Positions 11,677 through 21,380 of a stretch of DNA of 64,000 nt are shown piece by piece. Made by a program: the position numbers and the translations under genes. The notes beneath the pieces were generated by a model. The model was not told the DNA's origin, did no database searches, and saw only the letters and a list, made by a program, of their open reading frames with translations. The stretch is from assembly GCA_965223505.1 (NCBI GenBank), contig CBDCWP010000044.1, positions 128,001 to 192,000 on the forward strand, in the 5' to 3' direction. The number at the start of each line of letters is the position of its first letter. Position 1 is the first letter of the stretch. Source of the DNA: Planctomycetota bacterium. GTDB taxonomy: Bacteria; Planctomycetota; PLA2; JAEUHO01.

Positions 11677-12806
11677 CCGTTCGCCGCCGCCAACCCTGGA
11701 TCGTCGTCGCGTTGCTGCTGGCGCTTTGCGGCGTGCCGCCCGCGGCGGACGACGCGCAGCCCGCGTACGTCATCGTCGTGATCTTCGGCGGCGGCGTGCG
11801 TCAGCAAGAGCTGCTCGACGAGAAGCTCATGCCGAACGTCGCCGCGTTGGCTGCGCAAGGCGTTGTCGTGGATCGCGTGCGCTGCGACGCGAGCAGCGCG
11901 TACGACGGCGCGACGCGCATCCTCACCGGCCGTGACGACGGCATGCCCGCCGCCAACCAACACCCCACGCAGCCGACGCTCATGGAATACGTCCGCGTCG
12001 CGACCGGGGTCGGACCGGAGAAGGTGTGGTTCGTGTCCTTCGAAGGCGAAGACCAGTTGCGACTCGCGCACTCGCTGCACACGGACTTCGGCCCGGCCGT
12101 GGGTCCCTCCGTCACGCACGGCATGGGGCCGTTCGGGCAGCCGCTGACCGGCTTCCTGGATCGCATGGGTCGGCCGGACCCGATGCCGGACGACGCGTGG
12201 ACGCTTTTGCGCGCGTTGCGTGCCGACAACCGCCGCTTTGTCGCACGTTGGCTGCCGCGCGAGGTGCGCGCCGGCACGCCGGCGTCGGAGCGCGTCGAGC
12301 GCTCGCTGCTGCGCGAGATCGACCGGCGCTCGCTGCTGGTGCGCGGTCCGAACCCGCGCGACGAGCGTGCGTGGCGCTGTGCACTGACGGTCATCGGCGT
12401 GCACCAGCCGAAGCTCACCGTCATTCGACTCGGGGAAGCGGAGCAAGCCCAGAGCGGCGTCGCGGCGTATCGCAAGGTGTTGCGCGCCAACGACGGCGGC
12501 CTGGGCCGGGTTCGCCAGATCGTGGCGGCCGATCCGAAGATGGCCGACCGAACCCTCTGGGTGCTCACGGCCGATCACGGCCGCAACGAGAAGCCGAATG
12601 CGCGCGGCGGCTTCGACGCCGACGACGACAGCAAGAGCCACCGCGAGCTCTCCGTCGTGCTGAGCGGTCCGGGCTTGAAACCCCGCGGACGCATGAAGGG
12701 CAAGCGTCGGCTCGAAGACCTGTGCGCGACGGTCGCCGCGCTGATGGGGGTGCCGACGCCGCACGCGCAGGGCGCCGCGTGGACGCCGATCTTCGCGAAG
12801 CGCTAG
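11673..12806 (+). CDS. Secreted alkaline-phosphatase-superfamily-like protein
   Basis: ATGA overlap; signal peptide; VIVVIFGGGVR, LMPNV, TLWVLTADHGRN, DLCATVAALMG. Confidence 0.6.
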   Translation: MTVRRRQPWIVVALLLALCGVPPAADDAQPAYVIVVIFGGGVRQQELLDEKLMPNVAALAAQGVVVDRVRCDASSAYDGATRILTGRDDGMPAANQHPTQPTLMEYVRVATGVGPEKVWFVSFEGEDQLRLAHSLHTDFGPAVGPSVTHGMGPFGQPLTGFLDRMGRPDPMPDDAWTLLRALRADNRRFVARWLPREVRAGTPASERVERSLLREIDRRSLLVRGPNPRDERAWRCALTVIGVHQPKLTVIRLGEAEQAQSGVAAYRKVLRANDGGLGRVRQIVAADPKMADRTLWVLTADHGRNEKPNARGGFDADDDSKSHRELSVVLSGPGLKPRGRMKGKRRLEDLCATVAALMGVPTPHAQGAAWTPIFAKR

Positions 12807-12971
12807 GCGCTCTCTATCGAACCGAGCCCAGGCTCTGGACAGCCGGCCGCTGTCCACAGCGCGACCTACCATCTGCGAGGAACGATTCCCCTCGGGACGC
12901 GACGGCGCGCGGCGCTTGGCGTGCGCGTGGCGCTCTCGACTCGGGTACGATCGTCCCGAGAGAGAGTCACG

Positions 12972-15716
12972 ATGAAGCTCACCCTCCCCGACAGCGTGGC
13001 CGGAACCCAGGATGCGATCTTCATCATGGAGGTCGAGTTCCCGATCGCCACGGTCGAGCGCAGCGTCGAGGTGACGACGTCCGGTCCGATCGAGGCCATG
13101 GATCTGCAAGGCAGCAAGGCCGGCGGGTCGTACCAGGTGCCGGTCGGTCTCGAGCGCTTGCACGTGCCGTTGCGCGTCGCCGCGTCCGGCGGAGCGGACG
13201 CATCCGTGCACGTGCGTTGCACCGAGGGACCCGAGGCGGGACAAGCCGCGTCACGTCCCGTACGACTCGAGGCGATCGCGGCCGCGCAGGGGAAGAGCAA
13301 GGGCGCGAAGGTGGCGCTCGCCGTCTTGTTGCTCGCGGCGCTCGGCGTCGGCGGCTTCGTGCTCGGGCCGAAGCTGCTCGGCGGTGCGCACGAGGTGCCC
13401 GAGGTGCAGGGCCGGTCGTTGGCCGAGGCGCGTCTGGCCATGTCGAAGGCCGGCTATCTGGTCAAGGCGACGCTGGAAACGGTGGACGACGCGAAGATGC
13501 ACGGCCGCGTGCTGCGAACGATCCCGTCGTCCGGCACGGGTCTCGACCGCGGCAAGACGGTCGAGGTCGTCGTCGGTCGATCGGGCGACGTGCTCGTCCG
13601 CGTTCCGAGCGTGGTCGGACTCGCGGACCGCGCCGCGGAGAACGCGATCACGACCGTCGGACTCCAGGCCGACGTCAAGTACGACCCTGCGCCTTCCGAC
13701 GCGATGGTGGACAAGGTCTTCAAGACCACGCCCGCCGCGGGCAAGTACGTCGCGCGCGGCGCGTCGGTCGAGCTCTGGGTCGGCACGAAACCGACCGGTA
13801 CGACGGAACCCGTGACGATTCCCGATGTGCCGGATCCGGGTGCGACCGATCCGGGTGCGACCGATCCGGGTGCGACCGATCCGGGTGCGACCGATCCGGG
13901 TGCGACCGATCCGGGTGCGACCGATCCGGGCACGACCGATCCGGGTGCGACCGATCCGGGTGCGACCGATCCGGGGACGACGGATCCGGGGATGGGCGCG
14001 CCGCTGGAGGGACAGGTCGAGGTGCCCGACCTCACCGGTCTCGAGCGCGAGCAGGCCGAAAAGGACCTCGTGCGTATCGGGCTCTACGCGATCGTCGATT
14101 ACGAAGAAGCGCCGGATGCCGCCATGACGGGCCGGGTGCTTCGCCAGTCGCCGGCGGCGGGAACGATGATCGACCCGACGGAGCAGGTGTTCCTGACCGT
14201 CGGCACCAAGCCCGACGACGGCGGCATGGAAGACCCCGCCAAGCCGGATCCGGGTACGACCGACCCGGGTGCGACCGATCCGGGCACGACGGATCCGGGT
14301 GCGACGGATCCGGGTGCGACGGATCCGGGTGCGACGGATCCGGGTGCGACGGATCCGGGTGCGACGGATCCGGGTGCGACGGATCCGGGTGCGACGGATC
14401 CGGGTGCGACGGATCCGGGTACGACCGATCCGGGTGCGACCGATCCGGGTGCGACGGATCCGGGAACGGCCGATCCGGGCAAGCCGGATTCCGGTACGAG
14501 CGATCCGGGGACGACCGAACCGAACCCCTGGGACGTACCCGCGCCCGGCGCGGGGACCACCGATCCGAGCGTCGAGGATCCGGGAACGACCGATCCGGGA
14601 ACCACGGATTCAGGTTCCACGGATCCGGGCGCCGGCGATCCGGGCGCGACCGCGCCCGGCGTCGCCGATCCCGACGACGGACCGAGCGAGAACACGGCGC
14701 CGGTTCCCGACCTCGTGGCCCTGAACCGGGACGAAGCCGAGGGCATCGTGCGGCGTGCGGGCTTCGAGGCCCGGATCCTGCTCGAGACCAACGACGACGT
14801 GGACGACGGCATCGTGCTCAGCCAGAACCCCGGCGCCGGCGAGCGCCTCGCGTTGGGTGAAGAGGTGGAAATCATCGTCGCGCGGCAACCGCCCGCCGAC
14901 GGCGTCTCGGTGCCCGACGTCATCGGGCTGACGCGCACCGATGCCGAGCGGCGCCTGCGCAAGCAGGGCTTTCTCGTGCGCGTGAGCTACGGGGGCGGCG
15001 GTACGCAGCCGCCGGGTCACGTCGATGCGCAGGCGCCCGAGCCCGGCGCTTCGGCCGAGCGGCGAACGTGGGTCGAGCTCGTCGTCATTCAGCGTGACGG
15101 GGGCGCGCCGCGCATTCCCACCGGCGGCCCGCCGCCGCGGATCGCGTCGGGGGAGGCCGCAGGCACGCCGCCCGCGCCGGACCCCGACGCCCTCGTGCGG
15201 CCGCCCGCCGTCGGAGACGGGGCCGCACGCGTGCCCGCGCCGACGCCGCGCGGCAACGCCGAACGCGCCGTGCGCCTCCCGCCGCGCGACGCGCCCAAGA
15301 CCGTGACCGTGCCGCACCTCGTCGACATGGAGGCGGAGACGGCGATCACCCTGGCGCTCGAAGCGGGGTTGATCCCCATCATCCAGGTCGATCGGACGAG
15401 CGAAGCGCCGCAGGGTCAGATCACGCGCCAACGACCCGCCTCGGAGACGATGGCGCTCCCGGGGGATCTGCTACGCCTGCGCGTCGGGATCGGTGACGGC
15501 GTCCTGGAGCGCATGGTCGACCTTCCGACGGTCGCCATGGTCAAGTTGACCACCGCGAAGCGCATGCTCGCGCGCCTGGGCGTTCGGGTGAACGTCGTCG
15601 AGATCGCCAACAAGAAGCACCCCTACGCCGGCACCAAGCGCGTCGCCGCGCAGTACCCGGTCTCGCTCGTACCGCGTTCGGCAGGCAACACGGTCACGCT
15701 CTGGATCGTCGAGTAG
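12972..15716 (+). CDS. Membrane-anchored multi-PASTA protein with TDPG(A/T) repeats
   Basis: TM segment VALAVLLLAALGVGGFVLG, then about 7 PASTA-like units (VPEVQGRS, VPSVVGLA, VPDLTGLE, VPDLVALN, VPDVIGLT, VPHLVDME, LPTVAMVK). Confidence 0.8.
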   Translation: MKLTLPDSVAGTQDAIFIMEVEFPIATVERSVEVTTSGPIEAMDLQGSKAGGSYQVPVGLERLHVPLRVAASGGADASVHVRCTEGPEAGQAASRPVRLEAIAAAQGKSKGAKVALAVLLLAALGVGGFVLGPKLLGGAHEVPEVQGRSLAEARLAMSKAGYLVKATLETVDDAKMHGRVLRTIPSSGTGLDRGKTVEVVVGRSGDVLVRVPSVVGLADRAAENAITTVGLQADVKYDPAPSDAMVDKVFKTTPAAGKYVARGASVELWVGTKPTGTTEPVTIPDVPDPGATDPGATDPGATDPGATDPGATDPGATDPGTTDPGATDPGATDPGTTDPGMGAPLEGQVEVPDLTGLEREQAEKDLVRIGLYAIVDYEEAPDAAMTGRVLRQSPAAGTMIDPTEQVFLTVGTKPDDGGMEDPAKPDPGTTDPGATDPGTTDPGATDPGATDPGATDPGATDPGATDPGATDPGATDPGATDPGTTDPGATDPGATDPGTADPGKPDSGTSDPGTTEPNPWDVPAPGAGTTDPSVEDPGTTDPGTTDSGSTDPGAGDPGATAPGVADPDDGPSENTAPVPDLVALNRDEAEGIVRRAGFEARILLETNDDVDDGIVLSQNPGAGERLALGEEVEIIVARQPPADGVSVPDVIGLTRTDAERRLRKQGFLVRVSYGGGGTQPPGHVDAQAPEPGASAERRTWVELVVIQRDGGAPRIPTGGPPPRIASGEAAGTPPAPDPDALVRPPAVGDGAARVPAPTPRGNAERAVRLPPRDAPKTVTVPHLVDMEAETAITLALEAGLIPIIQVDRTSEAPQGQITRQRPASETMALPGDLLRLRVGIGDGVLERMVDLPTVAMVKLTTAKRMLARLGVRVNVVEIANKKHPYAGTKRVAAQYPVSLVPRSAGNTVTLWIVE
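13833..13991 (+). repeat. Coding 15-bp tandem repeat (gatccgggtgcgacc), about 11 units
   Basis: Directly visible; encodes (DPGAT)n. Confidence 0.95.
14247..14480 (+). repeat. Coding 15-bp tandem repeat (gatccgggtgcgacg/c), about 16 units, degenerate copies to about 14645
   Basis: Directly visible; encodes (DPGAT/DPGTT)n. Confidence 0.95.
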
Positions 15717-15762
15717 CGTCGTCCTTGCTGCGGCGCACGAGCATCCGCCGGACGAGCCGGAC

Positions 15763-15978
15763 CTACTCGTCGGACTTGCTTCGCAGTCCGGCGGTCGCCT
15801 GCATGACGCCGACCGCGAGCGCGCAGAGGCCGACGAGCACGATGAACACCAGCCCCGCGACGTTCCACGCGCGGACCTCTTCGAGATCGCCGTAGAGGAG
15901 CAGTCCCAGCACGCCGCCGATCACGACGCTCAACACCGCGCAAATCCAGAGCATGCGCTTCGCAAGGTCGTTGGTCAT
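15763..15978 (-). CDS. Small two-TM membrane protein
   Basis: MTNDLAKRMLWICAVLSVVIGGVLGLLL...VAGLVFIVLVGLCALAVGV. Confidence 0.6.
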   Translation of the reverse strand: MTNDLAKRMLWICAVLSVVIGGVLGLLLYGDLEEVRAWNVAGLVFIVLVGLCALAVGVMQATAGLRSKSDE

Positions 15979-16075
15979 CTCGCGATCTCCGGTCTCGAGG
16001 TGCGAGAAGTGTAGCGCTTGCGCCCGTCGTGTTGGAGCGATTCGTTCACCTCGCGCAGTGGATCGGTTTGCGCCT

Positions 16076-17617
16076 TCACCTGTCTTCGGGGGGCGGAGGC
16101 GGAAGCCACGCACCGGCTTCGGGTCCCGCGGCCGCGTCCAGACCGCGACCTCCGCCGCGCCCGCGGCGTCCTCCGCGTCGGCGCCCGCGCCCGCCGCGAC
16201 GCCGGCCTCTCGGCTGCGGCCGTCGGGGTCCGCCCGGACGCGCCCCGGCCTCCTCGGCGCGCTTGCGCCAGGTCGAGGCCTCGTCGGTGCGCGCGTCCCG
16301 CGCCATGAGGTCGAGCTCGAACAGCTGCACCGCGTCGAAGAACGCCGGGCGGTGCAGCATCCGCCGTTGCGCCTGGGCCCGGTTGGGTGGATCGCGCAGC
16401 GATCCGAGCAGCCACAGCATCTCGCGCAGCCGCGCGGACACCGCGCGCGGGATGCTCATACGTTGCGCCACCGGACGGAACGTTTCCTCGACGTGGTCGT
16501 GGAAGGCGTTGAACCCCTGCCCGGGTGCTCGTCGCCACGTCTCGATCAGCCACGGGCCGAAGAGCACGGCGAGCGCAAGGGCGTCGGGCGCTTCGTGCGC
16601 TGCCAGTCCCCACCGATCCGCCGCGCCGAGCAGGTTCCACGTGGCGTGCGCCACGGTTGTCGTGACCGGCTCGCCCTTGCTGGCCTCCTCGTGGGTGCCG
16701 CCGCCGCGCCTCGGCCATTCCGCCGGCTCGTCCAGGTACGCGCACAGCTCGGGCAGCCAGTGGTCGAGCACCCCGAGGTCCCACAGCGCGCGCATCGTCT
16801 CGCGCGCGCTTCCGCGACCGAGGATCTTCGTCAGCTCGATGTACAGCCGCGCCTGGCTGGCGCGCTCGAGCAGTGCGGCGTGTTCGCGAATCGACGTCTC
16901 GAGCGAGGGCTCGATCTCGAAGTCCATTCGATGCGCGAAGTGAACCGCGCGCAACATGCGCACGGGATCCTCGTCGATGCGCACCTCGGGCACGCCGATG
17001 CAGCGCACGACCCCCGCATCGACGTCCGCGAGGCCGCCGACCCAATCGATCACCTCGTCGGCGACGGGGTCGTAGAAGAGCGCGTTGATCGTGAAGTCGC
17101 GCCGGTTGGCGTCTTCCGGCGCCGTGCCGAAGATGTTCTCGACGGAGTGCCGCCAGTCGCCGCGCCGGCCGTACGACGCATCGGCGTCGACGTCCTTCGC
17201 GTCGTGCTTGTCGGGATCGCCGCGAAACGTCGCGGTCTCCACGATGTAGTTGCCGGGAAAGAGGATGTGCGCGAGGCGGAAACGGCGTCCGATCACGCGC
17301 GCACTGCGGAACAGGCGCTTGATCCGGTTGGGCCGCGCGTCGGTTGCGACGTCGAAGTCCTTCGGTTCGAGCCCGGACAGCAGGTCGCGCACGCACCCGC
17401 CGACGAGATAGGCTTCGTGGCCGGACTGCTGTAGCCGGCGCACGACGAAGACGGCGCGGTCGTCGAGCAGCTTGCGGGGAATCAGCCCGGAGCGGACTTC
17501 GGGCTTCGAGGGCTCGTCCTCGTCCTTCCCGCCGTCCCCCGTGGCGTCAGCCGGCGGCTGGGCGTCCGTGTCGAGGTCCCTGTGCATGGAGCGACATGGT
17601 ATCCGCCGCGGCGCCAA
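16076..17617 (-). CDS. pcnB: Poly(A) polymerase I (PcnB); start uncertain
   Basis: AYLVGGCVRDLL, KDFDVATDA, PAP-specific IGRRFRLAH, RRDFTINALFY, EDPVRMLRA, Arg-rich C-terminus. Confidence 0.9.
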   Translation of the reverse strand: MAPRRIPCRSMHRDLDTDAQPPADATGDGGKDEDEPSKPEVRSGLIPRKLLDDRAVFVVRRLQQSGHEAYLVGGCVRDLLSGLEPKDFDVATDARPNRIKRLFRSARVIGRRFRLAHILFPGNYIVETATFRGDPDKHDAKDVDADASYGRRGDWRHSVENIFGTAPEDANRRDFTINALFYDPVADEVIDWVGGLADVDAGVVRCIGVPEVRIDEDPVRMLRAVHFAHRMDFEIEPSLETSIREHAALLERASQARLYIELTKILGRGSARETMRALWDLGVLDHWLPELCAYLDEPAEWPRRGGGTHEEASKGEPVTTTVAHATWNLLGAADRWGLAAHEAPDALALAVLFGPWLIETWRRAPGQGFNAFHDHVEETFRPVAQRMSIPRAVSARLREMLWLLGSLRDPPNRAQAQRRMLHRPAFFDAVQLFELDLMARDARTDEASTWRKRAEEAGARPGGPRRPQPRGRRRGGRGRRRGGRRGRGGGRGLDAAAGPEAGAWLPPPPPEDR

Positions 17618-17900
17618 CGGTCGGATCCGGACCGTCCGTTGGGTAGTGGGTCAGTTTGCAGATCCGCGCGGGCATGCGGCTTGCCGGATGCTCGACGGCG
17701 CGTCGCCGACCGCTCCGCTCTCGTCCTTGCGTGGACTCCCACGCGGCGTCCTCGTCGGCTTTGCGGCGGCATGCCGACCACGACCGAGCGCTCCCTGAGA
17801 CGACTTCCGGCGGAGCCGATCTACCGCTTCGTCGGAGTGCCCCACTACCGTCCGTTGCTGCCACTACCACCTTCACGGCCCAGGTCCTATCCTGACGCCC

Positions 17901-18440
17901 ATGAACGGCCTCCGGTTCGCGCTCTTGCTGTCCGTCGTCGCGCTCGGCGCATGCGCCACGGTGACGAGCCTCGACGAGGAGCATGCGGCCCTCAACTCCC
18001 AGGAGCGCACCCTCGTGCGCGAACAGGCCGCGAAGGCGATCGAGGCCGGCGAGTGGGAGGCGGCCTGGGATCAGGAAGTCCACGCCGGGGCCGATCGGGA
18101 CCGGCTCGAGGACATCGCGTTCGGCGCGTTGAAGGACGAGAGCGGCTACGCCGAGTCGATGTACGCGGAGCTGCGCCGCAAGTGGGGCCCGCTCTCCGCG
18201 CGGTCCCGTGCGGCGATCGACACGCTCGTCGTCGATACGGTGGCCGAGCGCAACTGGGAGCGCGCGATGGACATCGAGATCATGACGGCGGACGACCCGC
18301 CGAAGCCCGGTGATCCCGTGGAGCGTACGACCCTGAGCAAGGCATGGGCGCTCTACCGCGCCGCCCCGCCCAACAAGGCGTCCGACCTGCGCGAGATGAT
18401 CCAGGATGCCCGCGACGAGGCATTGGAATCGGACGAATAG
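17901..18440 (+). CDS. Putative lipoprotein
   Basis: Lipobox-type signal MNGLRFALLLSVVALGA-C; helical acidic body. Confidence 0.65.
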   Translation: MNGLRFALLLSVVALGACATVTSLDEEHAALNSQERTLVREQAAKAIEAGEWEAAWDQEVHAGADRDRLEDIAFGALKDESGYAESMYAELRRKWGPLSARSRAAIDTLVVDTVAERNWERAMDIEIMTADDPPKPGDPVERTTLSKAWALYRAAPPNKASDLREMIQDARDEALESDE

Positions 18441-18558
18441 TCGTCCGCGGCGGTGCTCGTGACGAACACGACGCATTCGCGCGGTACATCGACGCGTCGC
18501 GCACCCCCCGCGAGGAGACGACGTTGAACCGCCACGCGCCGCTCGCAATTCGAGGACT

Positions 18559-19539
18559 GTGTTGATCCGGCTGGCCGTCGCCGGCGCGGGGGATTGGGGA
18601 CGCAACCACGTTCGCGTGCTCGCCAACCTGCCGGGCGTACGACTGGATTGGATCGCCGATCCCGACGTGGGACGCTGGCCCGCGGCGCAGGCGCTCGCGC
18701 CGCGCGCGACGTGTGTCGGGGACGTCGGCGAGGCGCTGCACGACGACCGGCTCGATGGCGTGGTCGTCTCGAGTCCGGGCCCGACGCACGGCCGCGTGGC
18801 CCGTGCCGCGCTTCGCGCGGGCAAGCACGTGCTCGTCGAGAAACCGTTGACACCGACCGGCGAGGAGTCGTGGGACCTCGTGCGCCGGGCCCGCCGTGCG
18901 GACCGGCTGCTCGGCGTCGGGCACCTGCTTCTGTATCACCCGGCTGTGCGGGCGCTGAAGCGGGAGATCGACATCGGACGACTGGGTGCGGTTCGCTACA
19001 TGCACTGCCAGCGGACGAATCTGGGCCGAATCCGCCGCGACGAGGGCGCGCTGGTCAGCCTCGCGCCCCACGACATCAGCGTGATGGTGCACTTGCTCGG
19101 CGACTGGCCGGTGGGGGTGTCCGCAAGGGGCGCCGTCTGCGCCCAGCCGGAGTTCGAGGACATCGTGTTCGTCACCCTGCGCTTCGGCGGCGGCCGCCTG
19201 GGCAACATCCACCTCTCGTGGCTGGATCCCCTCAAGGTGCGCCGGATCAGTGTCGTGGGCGAGGGCCGCATGGCGGTCTTCGACGACATGAGCGACGACA
19301 AGCTGCGGGTCGTATCGCGCGTCGACGGAAGCGGCCCCATCCGCAACCGCGTCCGGCGTCCGCGGGTGTCGGCCGCCGAGCCGCTGCGCGAGGAGCTGCG
19401 TGCGTTCGTGAGCGCCATCCGCGACGGCGGGGACATGCCCACGCCCGGGGAAGACGGCGCCCGCGTCGTTCGCGTTTTGGAAGCCGCGCAGCGGTCGATC
19501 GACGCCGATGGGCGGGAGTTTCGGGTGCGAATCCGGTGA
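18559..19539 (+). CDS. Gfo/Idh/MocA-family oxidoreductase
   Basis: AVAGAGDWG, GKHVLVEKP, LAPHD, HLSWLDPLKVR. Confidence 0.9.
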   Translation: MLIRLAVAGAGDWGRNHVRVLANLPGVRLDWIADPDVGRWPAAQALAPRATCVGDVGEALHDDRLDGVVVSSPGPTHGRVARAALRAGKHVLVEKPLTPTGEESWDLVRRARRADRLLGVGHLLLYHPAVRALKREIDIGRLGAVRYMHCQRTNLGRIRRDEGALVSLAPHDISVMVHLLGDWPVGVSARGAVCAQPEFEDIVFVTLRFGGGRLGNIHLSWLDPLKVRRISVVGEGRMAVFDDMSDDKLRVVSRVDGSGPIRNRVRRPRVSAAEPLREELRAFVSAIRDGGDMPTPGEDGARVVRVLEAAQRSIDADGREFRVRIR

Positions 19540-19596
19540 TTCGGCCGCCACTTTTTGTGAAGATTCCAGAAGGGCGCGGGATACAGAGGCCCAAGC

Positions 19597-20838
19597 GTGA
19601 CGAAGGTCGCGCACCTTGAGGCCGACTTCAGGGCACCACACATGACGCTACCGGCTCACCGTTCGATTTCTCCCGGCGACCTGGCGGCGCCCGCGGCGGC
19701 GCTCGGTGTGCCGTTGATGGACCCCAGACGCATCTACGAGCAGTGGGGCCCGCAGGCCGAGGCCAGCATCGTCGAGATCCTCCGCAGCCACGCCTACGTC
19801 AAGGGGAAGCACGTCGCGGGGCTCGAAGAGGAGTTCTCTGCCTACGTCGGGACCCGGCACGCGGTGGCCGTGGACTCGTGCACCGACGCCCTCTATCTCG
19901 TCCTGCGCGCCGTGTTGCAGGGCCGGCCGAAGGACCAGCGCGAGGTGGTGCTGCCGACGTTCACCTTCGTCGCCACCGCCGGCGCGGTCGTGAACGCCGG
20001 CGGCCGACCCGTGTTCGCCGACGTCTGCCCCGAGACGCACAACATGGATCCCGAGTCGCTCGCGGCCCGTATGTCGCCGCGCACGGCCGCCGTGATTCCG
20101 GTGCACATCTTCGGCAACCCCATGGACGTGGACGCGCTGCGCGACGTCGTTCGCGGGGCGCCGGGACGGAACGGCTCGACCGGGGAAGACGTGTTCATGC
20201 TCGAGGACGCCGCCCAGGCCGTCCACGCCTCCGTTGCGGGCCGCAGAGCCGGCGCCCTGGCCGACGCGGGGACGTTCTCGTTCTATCCGTCGAAGAACGT
20301 GGCCGCGGCCGGCGACGGCGGCATCGTCACGACCGACGACGACGGCGTCGCCGACACCGTTCGCGCGCTGCGCGACCACGGTCAAACCCGCAAGCTCTAC
20401 GATCACGACTTCGTCGGCACCAACAGCCGCATGGACGAGATCCAGGCCGCCGTCATTCGCGTGAAGCTGCCGCTCGTCGACGAGTGGACTCGCCAGCGTC
20501 AGGCGATCGCACAGCGCTACGACGCCGCGTTCGAAGGGCTTCCGATTCGCCGGCAGCGCGTGGCGCCGCACGCGGCGTCGGCGTACCACCTCTACACGAT
20601 TCGCGTGGACGACCGCGACGAGGTGCGCGAGCGGCTCCGGCAACAGGGCATCGCGACCGGCGTCTACTACCCGATGCCCCTGCACCGGCAATCGTGCTTT
20701 GCGCGCTTCGCGCCGGACGATTGTCCGGAGGCCGACGCCCTCGCATCGGACGTATTGTCGCTGCCGTGTTTCCCCGGCCTCGCGGTGGACGAGCAGACGC
20801 GCGTCATCGAGGCCCTGCGCCGCGTTCTCGCGCGCTAG
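19597..20838 (+). CDS. DegT/DnrJ/EryC1/StrS-family PLP aminotransferase; start uncertain
   Basis: PTFTFVATA, EDAAQA, FSFYPSKN, GDGG, NSRMDEIQAA, YYPMPLH. Confidence 0.92.
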   Translation: MTKVAHLEADFRAPHMTLPAHRSISPGDLAAPAAALGVPLMDPRRIYEQWGPQAEASIVEILRSHAYVKGKHVAGLEEEFSAYVGTRHAVAVDSCTDALYLVLRAVLQGRPKDQREVVLPTFTFVATAGAVVNAGGRPVFADVCPETHNMDPESLAARMSPRTAAVIPVHIFGNPMDVDALRDVVRGAPGRNGSTGEDVFMLEDAAQAVHASVAGRRAGALADAGTFSFYPSKNVAAAGDGGIVTTDDDGVADTVRALRDHGQTRKLYDHDFVGTNSRMDEIQAAVIRVKLPLVDEWTRQRQAIAQRYDAAFEGLPIRRQRVAPHAASAYHLYTIRVDDRDEVRERLRQQGIATGVYYPMPLHRQSCFARFAPDDCPEADALASDVLSLPCFPGLAVDEQTRVIEALRRVLAR

Positions 20839-20971
20839 CGGCGTTCGCTCGTCCACGTTTTCGGACCCACGTCGAGATAAGTGAACGGCCCGGCGGCGGC
20901 GGGCGACGGCAAAGCCCTGATTCTTGCGGGTTGCGTCGAGGGCACGGTCCGTGCGAGGGAAGCGGACGAAC

Positions 20972-21340
20972 ATGCCCGTAGTCGAAGCTCATACTCCCGA
21001 GCGGCGGAGAGATCGCCGCATTCCCATGACCGCTCGCGTGCGGATTGCGCCGCGCGAAGCCGGGTCCGGACTGCAGGCCGAGCTCGTGGACGTGAGCGCC
21101 GGGGGTCTGCGCGCCCAATGCCGGCCGCCGCCGGCCCTCATGGCGGGCACCGAGGTCGAGGTGGAGATCCGGGTCCACGTGTCCCAGCGGGCGAAGCAGC
21201 AGCCCATGGTCAACCTGCGTGGGACGGGCGTGGTCGTTCGGATCGAGGCGGAAGAAGGCTCGGAGCCCTACGAAGCCGCGCTGCGTTTCACCGGCCCGCT
21301 GGAGCTCCGCGAGCCGTTCGCGCAACTGCTCCTGTTCTAG
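20972..21340 (+). CDS. PilZ domain protein
   Basis: ERRRDRR (RxxxR) and DVSAGG (DxSxxG). Confidence 0.85.
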   Translation: MPVVEAHTPERRRDRRIPMTARVRIAPREAGSGLQAELVDVSAGGLRAQCRPPPALMAGTEVEVEIRVHVSQRAKQQPMVNLRGTGVVVRIEAEEGSEPYEAALRFTGPLELREPFAQLLLF

Positions 21341-21380
21341 GGGCGCGGATCGTTCGGCCGCCGTCGGTCTCGACGAACCG

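Noticed and set aside
13833..14645. Tandem repeats as a CRISPR array
   Set aside because: 15-bp head-to-tail units without spacers, in frame within a protein; no cas genes in the window.
19537..19597. TGA read-through fusing the Gfo/Idh/MocA gene to the DegT gene (same frame)
   Set aside because: A second in-frame TGA follows six codons later, both proteins are complete, and there is no Cys-motif context.
20940..20956. Sigma54 promoter (ggcacggtccgtgc) upstream of the PilZ gene
   Set aside because: GG-N10-GC spacing fits, but the flanking T residues are missing and it leaves almost no leader; likely chance in GC-rich DNA.
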